From: Acidobacteriota bacterium | GTDB lineage: Bacteria > Acidobacteriota > Vicinamibacteria > Vicinamibacterales > CAVVIG01 | Assembly (NCBI GenBank): GCA_040007095.1 | Contig: JBDTVS010000181.1 | Coordinates: forward strand, 1,643 to 65,642 | DNA length: 64,000 nucleotides | Reading direction: 5' to 3' | Shown: piece by piece, positions 47,263 to 56,624 of the stretch | How positions within the stretch are numbered: the stretch's first letter is position 1 | How the letters are laid out: each line of letters opens with the position of its first letter | Translations under genes and position numbers: made by a program | Notes under the pieces: generated by a model | What the model saw: only the letters and a program-made list of their open reading frames with translations | Database searches by the model: none | What the model was told of the DNA's origin: nothing

Positions 47263-49020
47263 TCAGCGCGCCGCGATCGCCGTCAACTGGATGGTCTCGT
47301 CGTTGCCGTCGCGAATCGCGATGGACTTGGCATGGCTCTCGTACGACCGGACGATTTCGGGATCCATCCATGCGCCCGCTTCAATCGCCGTCCACGCGAA
47401 GGCGGCGTAGCGCCCACCGGCGAGGCCGCGGATGTGAAATCGTCCCGCATTGTCAGTCGTCGTGCTCCTGTAGAGATCGATGCGGTGGCGATCCGCGGGA
47501 CCGGGCACGACCACGACCGTGGCGTTCGAGACCGGCTCCTGTCTTGCGTTCACCGCGGTGCCGGTCAGTCCGCCGCCGTTCGCGCCGATGACGATCTCCA
47601 GCGTGTCGCGCGGTGCGCCTGCGATGTGCAGTCCGCCGTCGAGGACGTCGACGCCGCCCAGTCGCATGGACTTGATGTAGGCGTCGGGCGGGAGAGCTCG
47701 AACGGACACTCGAAAATCGCCCGGCGGAACGCCTTGCAGTTCGAAGGAGCCGTCCGGCGCCGGTGGAGGACTGAACGTGGGACCAGCCTGCGGCATGCCA
47801 ATGACGTCTGGATCGCGACGCAAGGTCGCGCGGAGGACGGCCATGTCCAGGTCGCCACCGCTGCGCGCACGGCCGTCGATCACGAATCGGCCGGTGACAC
47901 GAGCGCCGGAGGTGACAGGTATGACGAGGTTGTCGACGTCGGCATCGCCGACCTGAAGGGCCAGGCCGCCAGTCATCCCCGGATTCGTTCGGGCGAACAC
48001 GAAGTACGCTCCAGGCACGACACCCGCGATGTCGAACGAACCGTCGGCAGTGGTTTGGCCGCTTGGAATCAGCAGACTCGGATCGCCAGTGCGAGGAATC
48101 GCTGTCAAGCCGGCGGCGGCGACCGGCTGGCCGTTCGCCAGAACGACGCCGCGGATTCGCCGCGTGCGCACGACGCCGGTTGTGAGGGCAATGTCGACGC
48201 CGTCGGCGCTCGACCCCGATCGCAGGTCGATGCGCGTGGCCGCACCGACGTCCGTCCTGCCGGGGTAGTAGACAGGGACTTGAGTCTCTTCCATCACTTC
48301 GCCGCTCGACAGCGTTCGACTGGTGATCACCGGGCTCGACGCCTGCTCGAAGGTGCCGACCCGCAGCGGTTCACTGATGTGCACACCGCTCGAGATGATG
48401 GTCTGGTTAGCGTCTCTCCCGGTGAACGGCCTGGCGGTGATGTAGTACGAGCCCGGCGGCAGCCAGAAGAGCCGATACTCGCCCCGATCGTCGGTTTGCA
48501 CCGACTGCACGATCGTCAGCATCCGTTGGCCGTCGCGGTAAACCGGCTTCAACGCCTGAACCTGCAGCTTGCCGACCGGGCCCTCGCGATCGTACACGCG
48601 GCCGGAAATCGCGGCCGTCGGCGTCAGCAGAAGTTGGACGTTCCGCATCTGCTGGCCGGCCGAGAGCTCGAAACTGATCCCGAGACCAGTGGCGGAACGT
48701 TGTCCGTATTCGCCCGGCACGTATCCGCCGCTGCGCGTGGCCACCAGGCGATACTCTCCCGGTTTCACCTGGTCGAAAACAAAGCGTCCGTCCTGCGCGG
48801 TCGTGGCCGAGTGCGGCACCTCGTCGAAACCAGGGGGTTGGTTGTCTCGGCCGACCGGCGGCGCAGTGCTTTGAGGGCCCTGGGCACGAACACGAAAGAG
48901 CTGCACCCGCGCGCCCGGCAGGGGCTGCCCGGTGCCGGAATGAATGACGGTGGCCGGCGGCTGTGGGGCGCTTGACGTTTGCGCCAGCAAAGCGACGACT
49001 GCCAGGTGCGCGACGTTCAC
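47263..49020 (-). CDS. Carboxypeptidase-regulatory-like (Ig-like) repeat protein, exported; paralogue of the neighbour
   Basis: Motifs QDGRFVF...PGEYRL, TDDRGEYRLFWLPPGSY, YIKSMRLGGVDVL, DNAGRFHI. Confidence 0.88.
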   Translation of the reverse strand: MNVAHLAVVALLAQTSSAPQPPATVIHSGTGQPLPGARVQLFRVRAQGPQSTAPPVGRDNQPPGFDEVPHSATTAQDGRFVFDQVKPGEYRLVATRSGGYVPGEYGQRSATGLGISFELSAGQQMRNVQLLLTPTAAISGRVYDREGPVGKLQVQALKPVYRDGQRMLTIVQSVQTDDRGEYRLFWLPPGSYYITARPFTGRDANQTIISSGVHISEPLRVGTFEQASSPVITSRTLSSGEVMEETQVPVYYPGRTDVGAATRIDLRSGSSADGVDIALTTGVVRTRRIRGVVLANGQPVAAAGLTAIPRTGDPSLLIPSGQTTADGSFDIAGVVPGAYFVFARTNPGMTGGLALQVGDADVDNLVIPVTSGARVTGRFVIDGRARSGGDLDMAVLRATLRRDPDVIGMPQAGPTFSPPPAPDGSFELQGVPPGDFRVSVRALPPDAYIKSMRLGGVDVLDGGLHIAGAPRDTLEIVIGANGGGLTGTAVNARQEPVSNATVVVVPGPADRHRIDLYRSTTTDNAGRFHIRGLAGGRYAAFAWTAIEAGAWMDPEIVRSYESHAKSIAIRDGNDETIQLTAIAAR

Positions 49021-49393
49021 GGCGACTCCAGTAGCACTGAGGTCCGCGAAAGAACAGTTTGCCGCCGCCGCATTTCAACGTTGTTCTTCCACGGGCCCGA
49101 AGATCCCCGAGCGCAAAGCACTGCTGGGGTTTGACGACAGGCAACCGTAGATGGTCGAAGCATTAGACCCCTCCTCGACGATCGCCTTCAGGGCACCCGC
49201 CTGTCGGTCGCCTCGACACGTCAATATAGCGCCCGCCACGGTACTCCATCTACGTTCTTGGACCCGACGCGATTCGAGGCGGTTCTATCGCAACTGGGCA
49301 ATTCCGCGGCCTGGCGTACGGCGCCGAACACGGCTGCCGTTTCTTTCACAATGGGACCTTCTGAGGCGGCTGGTCCGGGTGTATCCTCCCTCA

Positions 49394-50470
49394 ATGAAGC
49401 CTCCCGCCAGGATTCGCGGCGATATCCCATCGAAGGAGGACCAGTCAATATCAAGGGCCAGCCATTGGCTGGTTGGCCTGACGGTCGTACTGGTTTTGCT
49501 CGTGAATAGATCCGCATCGACCGCCCCAGTGGGCGGAGAAGGTGCCGCGGCGGCTCTGGTCGCGCAGAAGGCGCCGGGTTTTGTCACGCCTCGAACGCCG
49601 TGGGGCGACCCTGATTTGAATGGCATCTGGCCGAGCATCGACATGGTCCGGGTCCCGATGCAGCGTCCGGCGATCTACGGCTCCCGCTTGTTCATGACGG
49701 CGCTGGAACACAGCGTGCTGGAGAAGCAGGAGCAGGAACGGATCGTCCAGATGGCGAACGAAGGCGCGGGCGGCGCAACCGGCGCGCCGGGGCATTGGGT
49801 GGAGTGGGGCAAGTCCCAACGGCAGACGTCGCTGATCGTCGATCCACCGGACGGCCATATGCCGGCGCTGACTCCGGCAGGGCAGGCGCGCACGGCGTCG
49901 GCGCCGAGAGGCACCATGGGGTCCACCTCCCTCAATGGGCCGGAAGACTTCACGATGTGGGAGCGCTGCTTGTCGCGTGGTGCGCTTGGCTCGACGCTGC
50001 CGGTGCTCTACAACAGCGGGATTGACATCACCCAGGGACCCGGTGTCATCGCGATTCGTTACGAGATGGTGCACGATCAGCGGATCATTCCGCTCGACGG
50101 CCGCCCGCACCTCGCGGCGTCCATCCGGCAGTACATGGGTGATGCACGCGGCCGATGGGATGGCGACACGCTGGTCGTCGAAACCACGAACTTTACCGAT
50201 CGCATCGGCGTAGGCATCAGCGGTGGAGGCACGCCAAACAGCCCGTCGATGCGGCTGGTCGAGCGGTTCACCCGGACGGCGAAAGACACGATTCGATATG
50301 TCGCGACGGTCGACGATCCCGAGACCTGGACGGCGCCCTGGACGGTGGCTTTCCCCCTGACGCGGATGCCCGAGTACGGGATGTTCGAGTACGCATGCCA
50401 CGAGGGAAATTACGGGCTGCGCAATGCGTTGAGCGGATCACGCGCGGTGGAGCAGCTGGCAGTGCCGTAA
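49394..50470 (+). CDS. Exported protein of unknown function (Cys-pair family, paralogue 3)
   Basis: Motifs TPWGDPDLNGIW, ERCLSRG, PLDGRPH, MGDARGRWDGDTLVVETT, FEYACHEGN. Start uncertain. Confidence 0.82.
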   Translation: MKPPARIRGDIPSKEDQSISRASHWLVGLTVVLVLLVNRSASTAPVGGEGAAAALVAQKAPGFVTPRTPWGDPDLNGIWPSIDMVRVPMQRPAIYGSRLFMTALEHSVLEKQEQERIVQMANEGAGGATGAPGHWVEWGKSQRQTSLIVDPPDGHMPALTPAGQARTASAPRGTMGSTSLNGPEDFTMWERCLSRGALGSTLPVLYNSGIDITQGPGVIAIRYEMVHDQRIIPLDGRPHLAASIRQYMGDARGRWDGDTLVVETTNFTDRIGVGISGGGTPNSPSMRLVERFTRTAKDTIRYVATVDDPETWTAPWTVAFPLTRMPEYGMFEYACHEGNYGLRNALSGSRAVEQLAVP

Positions 50471-50478
50471 CTCACTGC

Positions 50479-51258
50479 CTACTTCCCGACCATGTGCGCC
50501 AGGTCCTTGTTGTTCTCTTCGCAGATGCTCTCGATCAGATCCGTATCGGGAAGCAGACTCCAGGACAGCGTCACCGACCACGGCTTCGTGTACGCCTTCG
50601 GATCGTCGATGGTCACGTCAACATTGATATGTCCGATGGTCGGACGAGAAAAACGCTCGACCACGCGCAGCGCCTCCGTGGCGGGAAGCCCGCGCATGTC
50701 GAGCCACGTCCGGCCATTCTGGCCGATGGTTTCCACCACCAGGGTGTCCCCGTCCCACTTGCCGACGGAGTAGCCCATCCAGGTTGGTTGAGGATTTCGC
50801 GGGAGCGGGCGGCCGTCTGTGAAGATCTGGCGGTAGATCGTGCGCGATTCGTGCAGGAACACGATCAGGTCGGGAGTCTGCACCAGCTTGAGACCGTCGG
50901 GAATGTTGTTCTTTTCGGGAATGCCCGAAGGCCAACACCGCGCGCCGGGGTGATCCTTGCCGTTGGTCTCAATGCGCTCTTTGTAGAGCGCGTCCGCCCA
51001 GGGTTGCAGCGGCACCTCGCCCGGCTTCAGGTCCGCGGCAAGATTGAGCAGGTGCTTGACCGGATTGGTCGGCATCCAGAACCCCGAAAGGTCCGGCTTC
51101 CCGTCGGCGGTGCGACGTGCCGGCGCTCCCATATCCACCTTGCCGTCGGCGGTGCGGGGCACGTTCTTCCACGGAAACGGATCCCATTGTGCCTCGGAGG
51201 GGGACCCCGTGATGAGGATCGCCACGCAAGCCAGCGCACGCACAAATGCTTTCATCAT
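50479..51258 (-). CDS. Exported protein of unknown function (Cys-pair family, paralogue 4)
   Basis: GGAG RBS. Motifs PDLSGFW, RCWPSG, FTDGRP, WMGYSVGKWDGDTLVVET, ESICEEN. Confidence 0.88.
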   Translation of the reverse strand: MMKAFVRALACVAILITGSPSEAQWDPFPWKNVPRTADGKVDMGAPARRTADGKPDLSGFWMPTNPVKHLLNLAADLKPGEVPLQPWADALYKERIETNGKDHPGARCWPSGIPEKNNIPDGLKLVQTPDLIVFLHESRTIYRQIFTDGRPLPRNPQPTWMGYSVGKWDGDTLVVETIGQNGRTWLDMRGLPATEALRVVERFSRPTIGHINVDVTIDDPKAYTKPWSVTLSWSLLPDTDLIESICEENNKDLAHMVGK

Positions 51259-51366
51259 GTCGGCTCCATGGCGCGACGATTCGGCCGCGCGGGAAAACGG
51301 AAGACAGGACATGTATACCCTAATTCCCGTCAGGCCGCAGCAGGCCGCGTGCGAAAATACGGGGCC

Positions 51367-52275
51367 ATGTTCAGGTCCCTGACGCTTCTTCTCATCGTCT
51401 CGACCGCAATCATGTCGGCGCAATCCGCGGCTCCTGGCAGCCAACCGCCGGCCCCCGCCAGCCCGGTGGCATCCGCCCTCTGGACCGTCACGGAAGGGAT
51501 GGACAGTCCGGAAAGCGTGTATTTCGATCCAGCGTCAGGTTTGGTGTTCGTCTCGCAAATCGGTGGCCAGGCCGCGGACCGCGATGGCAATGGCCGCATC
51601 TCGAAGCTGACCGTCGAGGGCAGAGTAGTAGCGGCGGACTGGGTGAAAGGACTGAACGCGCCCAAGGGACTGCGGAGCCGTCAAGGCACGCTCTACGCGG
51701 CGGATCTTGACGAAATCGTGGCCATCGACGTTGCGCGCGGAACGATCACCTCGAGGATCAAGATCGAGGGGGCGCAGTTCCTGAACGACCTCGCCACCGC
51801 GCCCGACGGCGCCATTTATACGTCCGATTCGTTCGCGAACAGAATTTACGTGGTCAGGGACGGGAAGGCGTCGACGTTCTTCGAAGGAGACGGCATCCTC
51901 CTCCCGAACGGTGTGCTCGTCGATGGCAACCGGTTGATCGTTGCGTCCGACGGTCGGCCGGCCCGCGGCGGAGGCGGCACACCGGCGCGGCTGGTCGCGA
52001 TCGACCTGGCCACCAAACAGCTCACGCAAATCAACACTGCGCCGATCGGCACGCCGGACGGTATTGAACGGGACGGCCGTGGCGGCTACATCGTGAGCGA
52101 CGTGGCCTCGGGGCGCATCCTGCAGCTGTCGGCCAGCGGCGACGTGAAGGTGTTGCGTCAACTCGCGCCGCAAACCGCCGACATCGGATTCGTCCCCGAG
52201 AAGGCGCTTCTGCTCGTTCCGCACCTCGGGCTGAATCGGGTGTCCGCCTACGATCTCCCGGAACTGAAGCGCTAG
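51367..52275 (+). CDS. SMP-30/gluconolactonase/LRE-like beta-propeller, exported
   Basis: Signal peptide from ATG 51367. Motifs SPESVYFD, LNAPKGL, FLNDLA, PNGV, PDGIE, ADIG. Confidence 0.88.
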   Translation: MFRSLTLLLIVSTAIMSAQSAAPGSQPPAPASPVASALWTVTEGMDSPESVYFDPASGLVFVSQIGGQAADRDGNGRISKLTVEGRVVAADWVKGLNAPKGLRSRQGTLYAADLDEIVAIDVARGTITSRIKIEGAQFLNDLATAPDGAIYTSDSFANRIYVVRDGKASTFFEGDGILLPNGVLVDGNRLIVASDGRPARGGGGTPARLVAIDLATKQLTQINTAPIGTPDGIERDGRGGYIVSDVASGRILQLSASGDVKVLRQLAPQTADIGFVPEKALLLVPHLGLNRVSAYDLPELKR

Positions 52276-52286
52276 AGCATGTTCGT

Positions 52287-52337
52287 TTGTACGGAGTGTC
52301 CGCCTTCAGGCTGGCTAAAGCCGGACACTCCGTACAA
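52287..52337. repeat. Inverted REP pair (REPIN-like) between convergent genes
   Basis: 16-bp perfect inverted repeat ttgtacggagtgtccg / cggacactccgtacaa. Confidence 0.85.
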
Positions 52338-52355
52338 GTCAAGAACGCTCCGGAA

Positions 52356-54266
52356 TTACCGACCGAAGATCAGCACGCTGTTCGCCGGCAAGGTCAGCGC
52401 CGCGGAATCGCCGAATCCGTGCATCGGTTGCGCGTCCGTCGACACGCGACCGCCGTTGCCGACGACGCCCGGATTCACCCAGTCTTCATAGGCGTCGCTG
52501 TTGAAGATTTCCTGCCAGTCGCCCCCGCCGGGAAAGCCGATGCGATAGTTGAACCGGTGAAACGTGGAGAGGTGGACGACGACGAGCACGTCGCCGCCGG
52601 CTCGGGTCACCCAGCGGTGAAAGGCCAGGACGCGGTTCTGATCCTGGGCGTGCACGACGCGAAATCCGTCGCCGCGCAGCGCCGGATACCGCCACCGCAA
52701 AGCGATCAACTCGCGGGTGAACCGAACGTGATCGAGCATCTGCTTGTCGCCCTGATCCAATCCGGCCCAATAGAGCAGCAGATCCTTGTGGAACTCGAAG
52801 TTGTCGGACCACTGCTTGTCTTCCAGGAACTCCTGACCCATGAACAGCATGGGAATGCCCGGGGCGGTGAGACTGATCGCGGTAGCGACGCGCGCGCGGC
52901 TCCGGCCGAACCAGGATCGTGGATTGCCCGGGTCGCCAAGCCGGGCCACCCGCAGCTCCCGCCCTTCCTGGACGATGTCGTGATTTTCGGGGCCCTGGAC
53001 GAAGCGCCACGGCTCAGTGAATCCGGCGGGCCACAGGCTGCCTGCCAGGCCGTTCATGTCGAGGGGCCGTTCGTCGGGAGCGCTCGCATTCGAGATGACG
53101 TTGCGAATGGCAATGCGCAGTCCGTCGGTCAGCGTGGTGTCGAAACCGGCGCCTTCCGGCGGCGCTTTGACGATGTAGGGATTGACGTCCCAATACTCCG
53201 CCTTGTCCAACGCGCCAGGGCGGTGCCGGTTGAGCGTGGACGTGAGGTCCTGGCAAAACGACCAGCCGTCGGGTGCTCCGTCGTGGTCGATCACGCTCAC
53301 CTGGTCATAGCGGAAACCGTCGACGCGGTATTCGTCGAGAAAGAACTTCGCGTTGTGGATCAGGAAATCGCGCACTTCCGGCTTGCCGTAGTCGAACACC
53401 AGTCCGCCGGCATGGCCGCGATCGGTGAAGTACAACGAGTTGCGATTGCCGCCAGACGCCGGTTGCCGGTCGAAGAAGTACAGGCTCTGGTCGCCGAAAT
53501 CCCCGCCGGCGTGGTTGTAGACGACGTCCAGGATGATGGCCAGGCCATGAACGTGGCAGAGGTCCACCAGCGCCTTCAGCTGATTCATCTCCCCGCGCAG
53601 GGCGTCGACTTCGTAGCGCGGCAGGCGCTTGGCGTCCAACAGCTGATTGACGGTATCCGCATACGGCGCAAGGTCGCCGTCCTCGATCGCGAAGTCCATT
53701 TCCGGAGAGAAATAGTCGGTGCCGTTGTATCCCAGACTGAACGCCGTCTGGAACTCCTGAATGGGCATCAATTGGATGGCGGTCACTCCGAGCGCGGCGA
53801 AGTGCGGGATCTTGGTCGCCACATCCAGGAATGTCCCGCCCTTGCGCGGCAGGTTCGGCGTGAAAAAGGTGCCGACGTGGAGCTGGTAGATCACGAAGTT
53901 GTGAAACTGCGGCGTCACGAAGCCGCTCTCGTGCCACGGAAAATCTGCCCGGCGCACGACGCAATCACTGGGGAACGGCGTCTTCAGCTCGCGCGCGTAC
54001 GGATCGCGCTTGGGTCCTTCACTGCCGGTGCCCACGACGTAGAAAATATACCCTTGGCGGTCTCGCACATCCGGGATGAAGCCCCGCCAATGGCCGCGCC
54101 CATCAACCGTCAGCAGGCTGGCGTCGTTGCGCTGTCGATGGTTGAAATCGCCGAGCACGTACACCGCGCGCGCGTTCGGCGCCCAGGCGCGAAACGTCGC
54201 CCCGCCCGCAACAAGGTTCGCGCCCATCGGCGTGGCAGGGTGAATATGGTCGAGCGATGCCGGCAT
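52356..54266 (-). CDS. GH13 alpha-amylase family (branching enzyme / TreZ-like) with N-terminal CBM48
   Basis: Motifs FRAWAPNA, YQLHVGTF, LDVVYNH, DGFRYD, ENHD, IPMLFMGQEF. Confidence 0.92.
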   Translation of the reverse strand: MPASLDHIHPATPMGANLVAGGATFRAWAPNARAVYVLGDFNHRQRNDASLLTVDGRGHWRGFIPDVRDRQGYIFYVVGTGSEGPKRDPYARELKTPFPSDCVVRRADFPWHESGFVTPQFHNFVIYQLHVGTFFTPNLPRKGGTFLDVATKIPHFAALGVTAIQLMPIQEFQTAFSLGYNGTDYFSPEMDFAIEDGDLAPYADTVNQLLDAKRLPRYEVDALRGEMNQLKALVDLCHVHGLAIILDVVYNHAGGDFGDQSLYFFDRQPASGGNRNSLYFTDRGHAGGLVFDYGKPEVRDFLIHNAKFFLDEYRVDGFRYDQVSVIDHDGAPDGWSFCQDLTSTLNRHRPGALDKAEYWDVNPYIVKAPPEGAGFDTTLTDGLRIAIRNVISNASAPDERPLDMNGLAGSLWPAGFTEPWRFVQGPENHDIVQEGRELRVARLGDPGNPRSWFGRSRARVATAISLTAPGIPMLFMGQEFLEDKQWSDNFEFHKDLLLYWAGLDQGDKQMLDHVRFTRELIALRWRYPALRGDGFRVVHAQDQNRVLAFHRWVTRAGGDVLVVVHLSTFHRFNYRIGFPGGGDWQEIFNSDAYEDWVNPGVVGNGGRVSTDAQPMHGFGDSAALTLPANSVLIFGR

Positions 54267-54274
54267 GGTCGGGG

Positions 54275-54850
54275 TTACTTTGCTTCGAGCGCCTTGGCGA
54301 TGGCGCCGCGCAGTTGCGGCGACTCGGGTGTCACGTCGCTCGGGAAGAACGCGAGAATCCTGCCGTCCTTACCGATGACGTATTTGCTGAAGTTCCAGGC
54401 CGGCAGGTGGCCTTGCCGGCCCAGGAAGGCGTAGACAGGTGATTGATCGGCGCCAGACTTCGTCACGACCTTCGAGAACATCGGGAAGGTGACGTCGTAG
54501 GTCAGCTTGCAAAACTGGGCGATTTCCTGCGGCGTGCCGGGCTCCTGTTCGCCGAAGTCGTTGCTCGGGAACCCAAGCACGGCAAATCCTTTCGGCGCGA
54601 GCTCGCGGTTCAGCTTCTCGAGGCCTTCGTATTGCGGGGTGAAGCCGCACTTGCTGGCCACATTGACCACCAGCGCGACTTTGCCGCGGAAGGCGGCGAG
54701 GTCGGCCGGCTTGCCGTCCAGGTACGAAGTCTTCAGGTCGTAAAACGATGACACGGTCGCTCCTGCTGGCCGCGATTGCGCGGCGGGAATGGAGGTGGCG
54801 GCGGCGAAGGCGACAACAAAGCCATAGGCGACAGTACGGCGATTCAGCAT
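54275..54850 (-). CDS. Glutathione peroxidase (Cys type), exported
   Basis: Motifs NVASKCGFTPQY, FPSNDFGEQEPG, WNFSKY. The active-site codon is TGC. Confidence 0.93.
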   Translation of the reverse strand: MLNRRTVAYGFVVAFAAATSIPAAQSRPAGATVSSFYDLKTSYLDGKPADLAAFRGKVALVVNVASKCGFTPQYEGLEKLNRELAPKGFAVLGFPSNDFGEQEPGTPQEIAQFCKLTYDVTFPMFSKVVTKSGADQSPVYAFLGRQGHLPAWNFSKYVIGKDGRILAFFPSDVTPESPQLRGAIAKALEAK

Positions 54851-55071
54851 CTTGTCTCTCCTGACGTCAGTCACTCATATTGTAGAGCGTATTTTGTCCG
54901 GTTCGGGCCTGTCGATTTCGGGCGCGCCCGATCGACAATAGCCAGTAGGCATTCGCGACGGCAGTCGAGCGGCCAACTCGACGCCACACACGGGTGACGC
55001 CTGACGGCGGCGCCGTCCGATAGAGGTGTGGCCTGTTGGAGCACAGACATTCGGCCAAGAAGGAGTGAACA

Positions 55072-56187
55072 ATGAGCGGGGTCCGCGTACTGGTTGGCAC
55101 ACGAAAGGGCGCGTTCGTCCTGGAGTCGGACGGAAAGCGCGAACGCTGGGACGTCAGCGGTCCTCATTTTGGAGGGTGGGAGATCTATCACGTGAAGGGA
55201 TCCGCGGTTGAGCCGAATCGTCTCTACGCGTCGCAATCGAGCGGCTGGTTCGGGCAGATCATCCAGCGCTCCGACGACGGCGGCAAGACGTGGGCAACGG
55301 TGGACAACAAGTTCACGTACGACGGCATTCCAGGCACGCACCAGTGGTACGACGGCACGCCGCATCCCTGGGAGTTCAAACGCGTGTGGCACCTCGAACC
55401 CTCGTTGACCGATCCGGACACGGTGTATGCCGGGGTCGAAGACGCGGCATTGTTCAAGAGCGCCGACGGTGGACAGTCGTGGCACGAACTGTCGGGCCTG
55501 CGCGGCCACGGGTCAGGCCCACGCTGGCAGCCAGGCGCCGGGGGGATGTGCCTCCATACGATCGTCCTTGATCCTGGCAAACCCGCTCGGATCTTCATCG
55601 CGATCTCGGCAGCGGGCGCGTTCCGGAGCGACGACGGCGGTGAGACGTGGCGGCCGATCAACCAGGGGCTGCGGTCGGCACAGATTCCGGACCCGACGGC
55701 CGAAGTGGGCCACTGCGTGCATCGCATCGCGATGCACAAGGCGCGGCCCGACGTGCTGTTCATGCAGAAGCACTGGGACGTCATGCGCACCGACAACGCC
55801 GGCGAGTCGTGGCACGAGGTCAGCGGCAATCTGCCCACCGACTTCGGATTCGCGATCGACGTGCACGCGCACGAGCCGGACACCATCTACGTCGTGCCGA
55901 TCAAGAGCGACTCCGAGCACTATCCGATCGACGGAAAGCTGAGCGTCTATCGCAGCCGGACCGGCGGCCACGAGTGGGAGGCGCTTTCGAACGGCCTGCC
56001 GCAGCGCGACTGTTATGTGAACGTCTTGCGCGACGCCATGGCGGTCGACGCACTCGATGCGTGCGGCGTGTACTTCGGGACAACGGGCGGGCAGGTGTAT
56101 GCCTCGGCTGACGCCGGCGACCATTGGGCGCCGATTGTTCGAGATCTGCCGGCGGTGCTGTCGGTCGAGGTCCAGACACTGCCATGA
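55072..56187 (+). CDS. BNR/Asp-box beta-propeller protein (sialidase-like fold), cytoplasmic
   Basis: Asp-box repeats [49 protein letters not shown], no signal peptide. Confidence 0.9.
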   Translation: MSGVRVLVGTRKGAFVLESDGKRERWDVSGPHFGGWEIYHVKGSAVEPNRLYASQSSGWFGQIIQRSDDGGKTWATVDNKFTYDGIPGTHQWYDGTPHPWEFKRVWHLEPSLTDPDTVYAGVEDAALFKSADGGQSWHELSGLRGHGSGPRWQPGAGGMCLHTIVLDPGKPARIFIAISAAGAFRSDDGGETWRPINQGLRSAQIPDPTAEVGHCVHRIAMHKARPDVLFMQKHWDVMRTDNAGESWHEVSGNLPTDFGFAIDVHAHEPDTIYVVPIKSDSEHYPIDGKLSVYRSRTGGHEWEALSNGLPQRDCYVNVLRDAMAVDALDACGVYFGTTGGQVYASADAGDHWAPIVRDLPAVLSVEVQTLP

Positions 56188-56480
56188 TTCGCGTCGAGCT
56201 GCCGGCCCATCTGCGGACGCTGGCGCACGTCGCCGACGAGGTCCAGCTCGAGGTCGGCAGCCCGGCCACCCAGCGCTCGGTCCTCGACGCGCTCGAAGCC
56301 CGCTATCCGATGTTGCGCGGGACCATCCGCGACCATGTGACCCAGCGTCGCCGGCCGTTCGTGAGGTTCTTTGCCTGCGAACAGGACTTGTCACACGAAC
56401 TGCCGGATGCGGCACTGCCCGACGCCGTGGCGACAGGCGCCGAGCCGCTGCTGGTCGTAGGGGCCATGGCCGGGGGGTAG
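56184..56480 (+). CDS. MoaD/ThiS family ubiquitin-like protein
   Basis: [10 protein letters not shown]...RFF...AMAGG with C-terminal Gly-Gly. ATGA overlap with the propeller gene. Confidence 0.9.
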   Translation: MIRVELPAHLRTLAHVADEVQLEVGSPATQRSVLDALEARYPMLRGTIRDHVTQRRRPFVRFFACEQDLSHELPDAALPDAVATGAEPLLVVGAMAGG

Positions 56481-56497
56481 TGGCCGGTTCTGCTGGA

Positions 56498-56554
56498 CAC
56501 CACCGAGGCCACCGAGCTCACCGAGAAAAGATTCCCGGTGTTCCCCGGTGGTTG
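56498..56554. repeat. Nonamer repeats with inverted counterpart
   Basis: caccgaggc-caccgagct-caccgagaa followed by cccggtgttccccggtggtt. Confidence 0.7.
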
Positions 56555-56624
56555 ACGTGTAGACCGACGACTCAGCCGCGGACCGCGCGTCGATTGGGGC
56601 CTTGACGAGCCCTTTGGCCGGACC

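Noticed and set aside
50155-51366. 706-aa ORF 50155-52275 as a large fusion protein
   Set aside because: The first 400 codons are antisense to the gene at 50479-51258. A signal peptide begins at ATG 51367.
54275-54850. Selenocysteine in the glutathione peroxidase
   Set aside because: The active-site codon is TGC (Cys) and there is no in-frame TGA.
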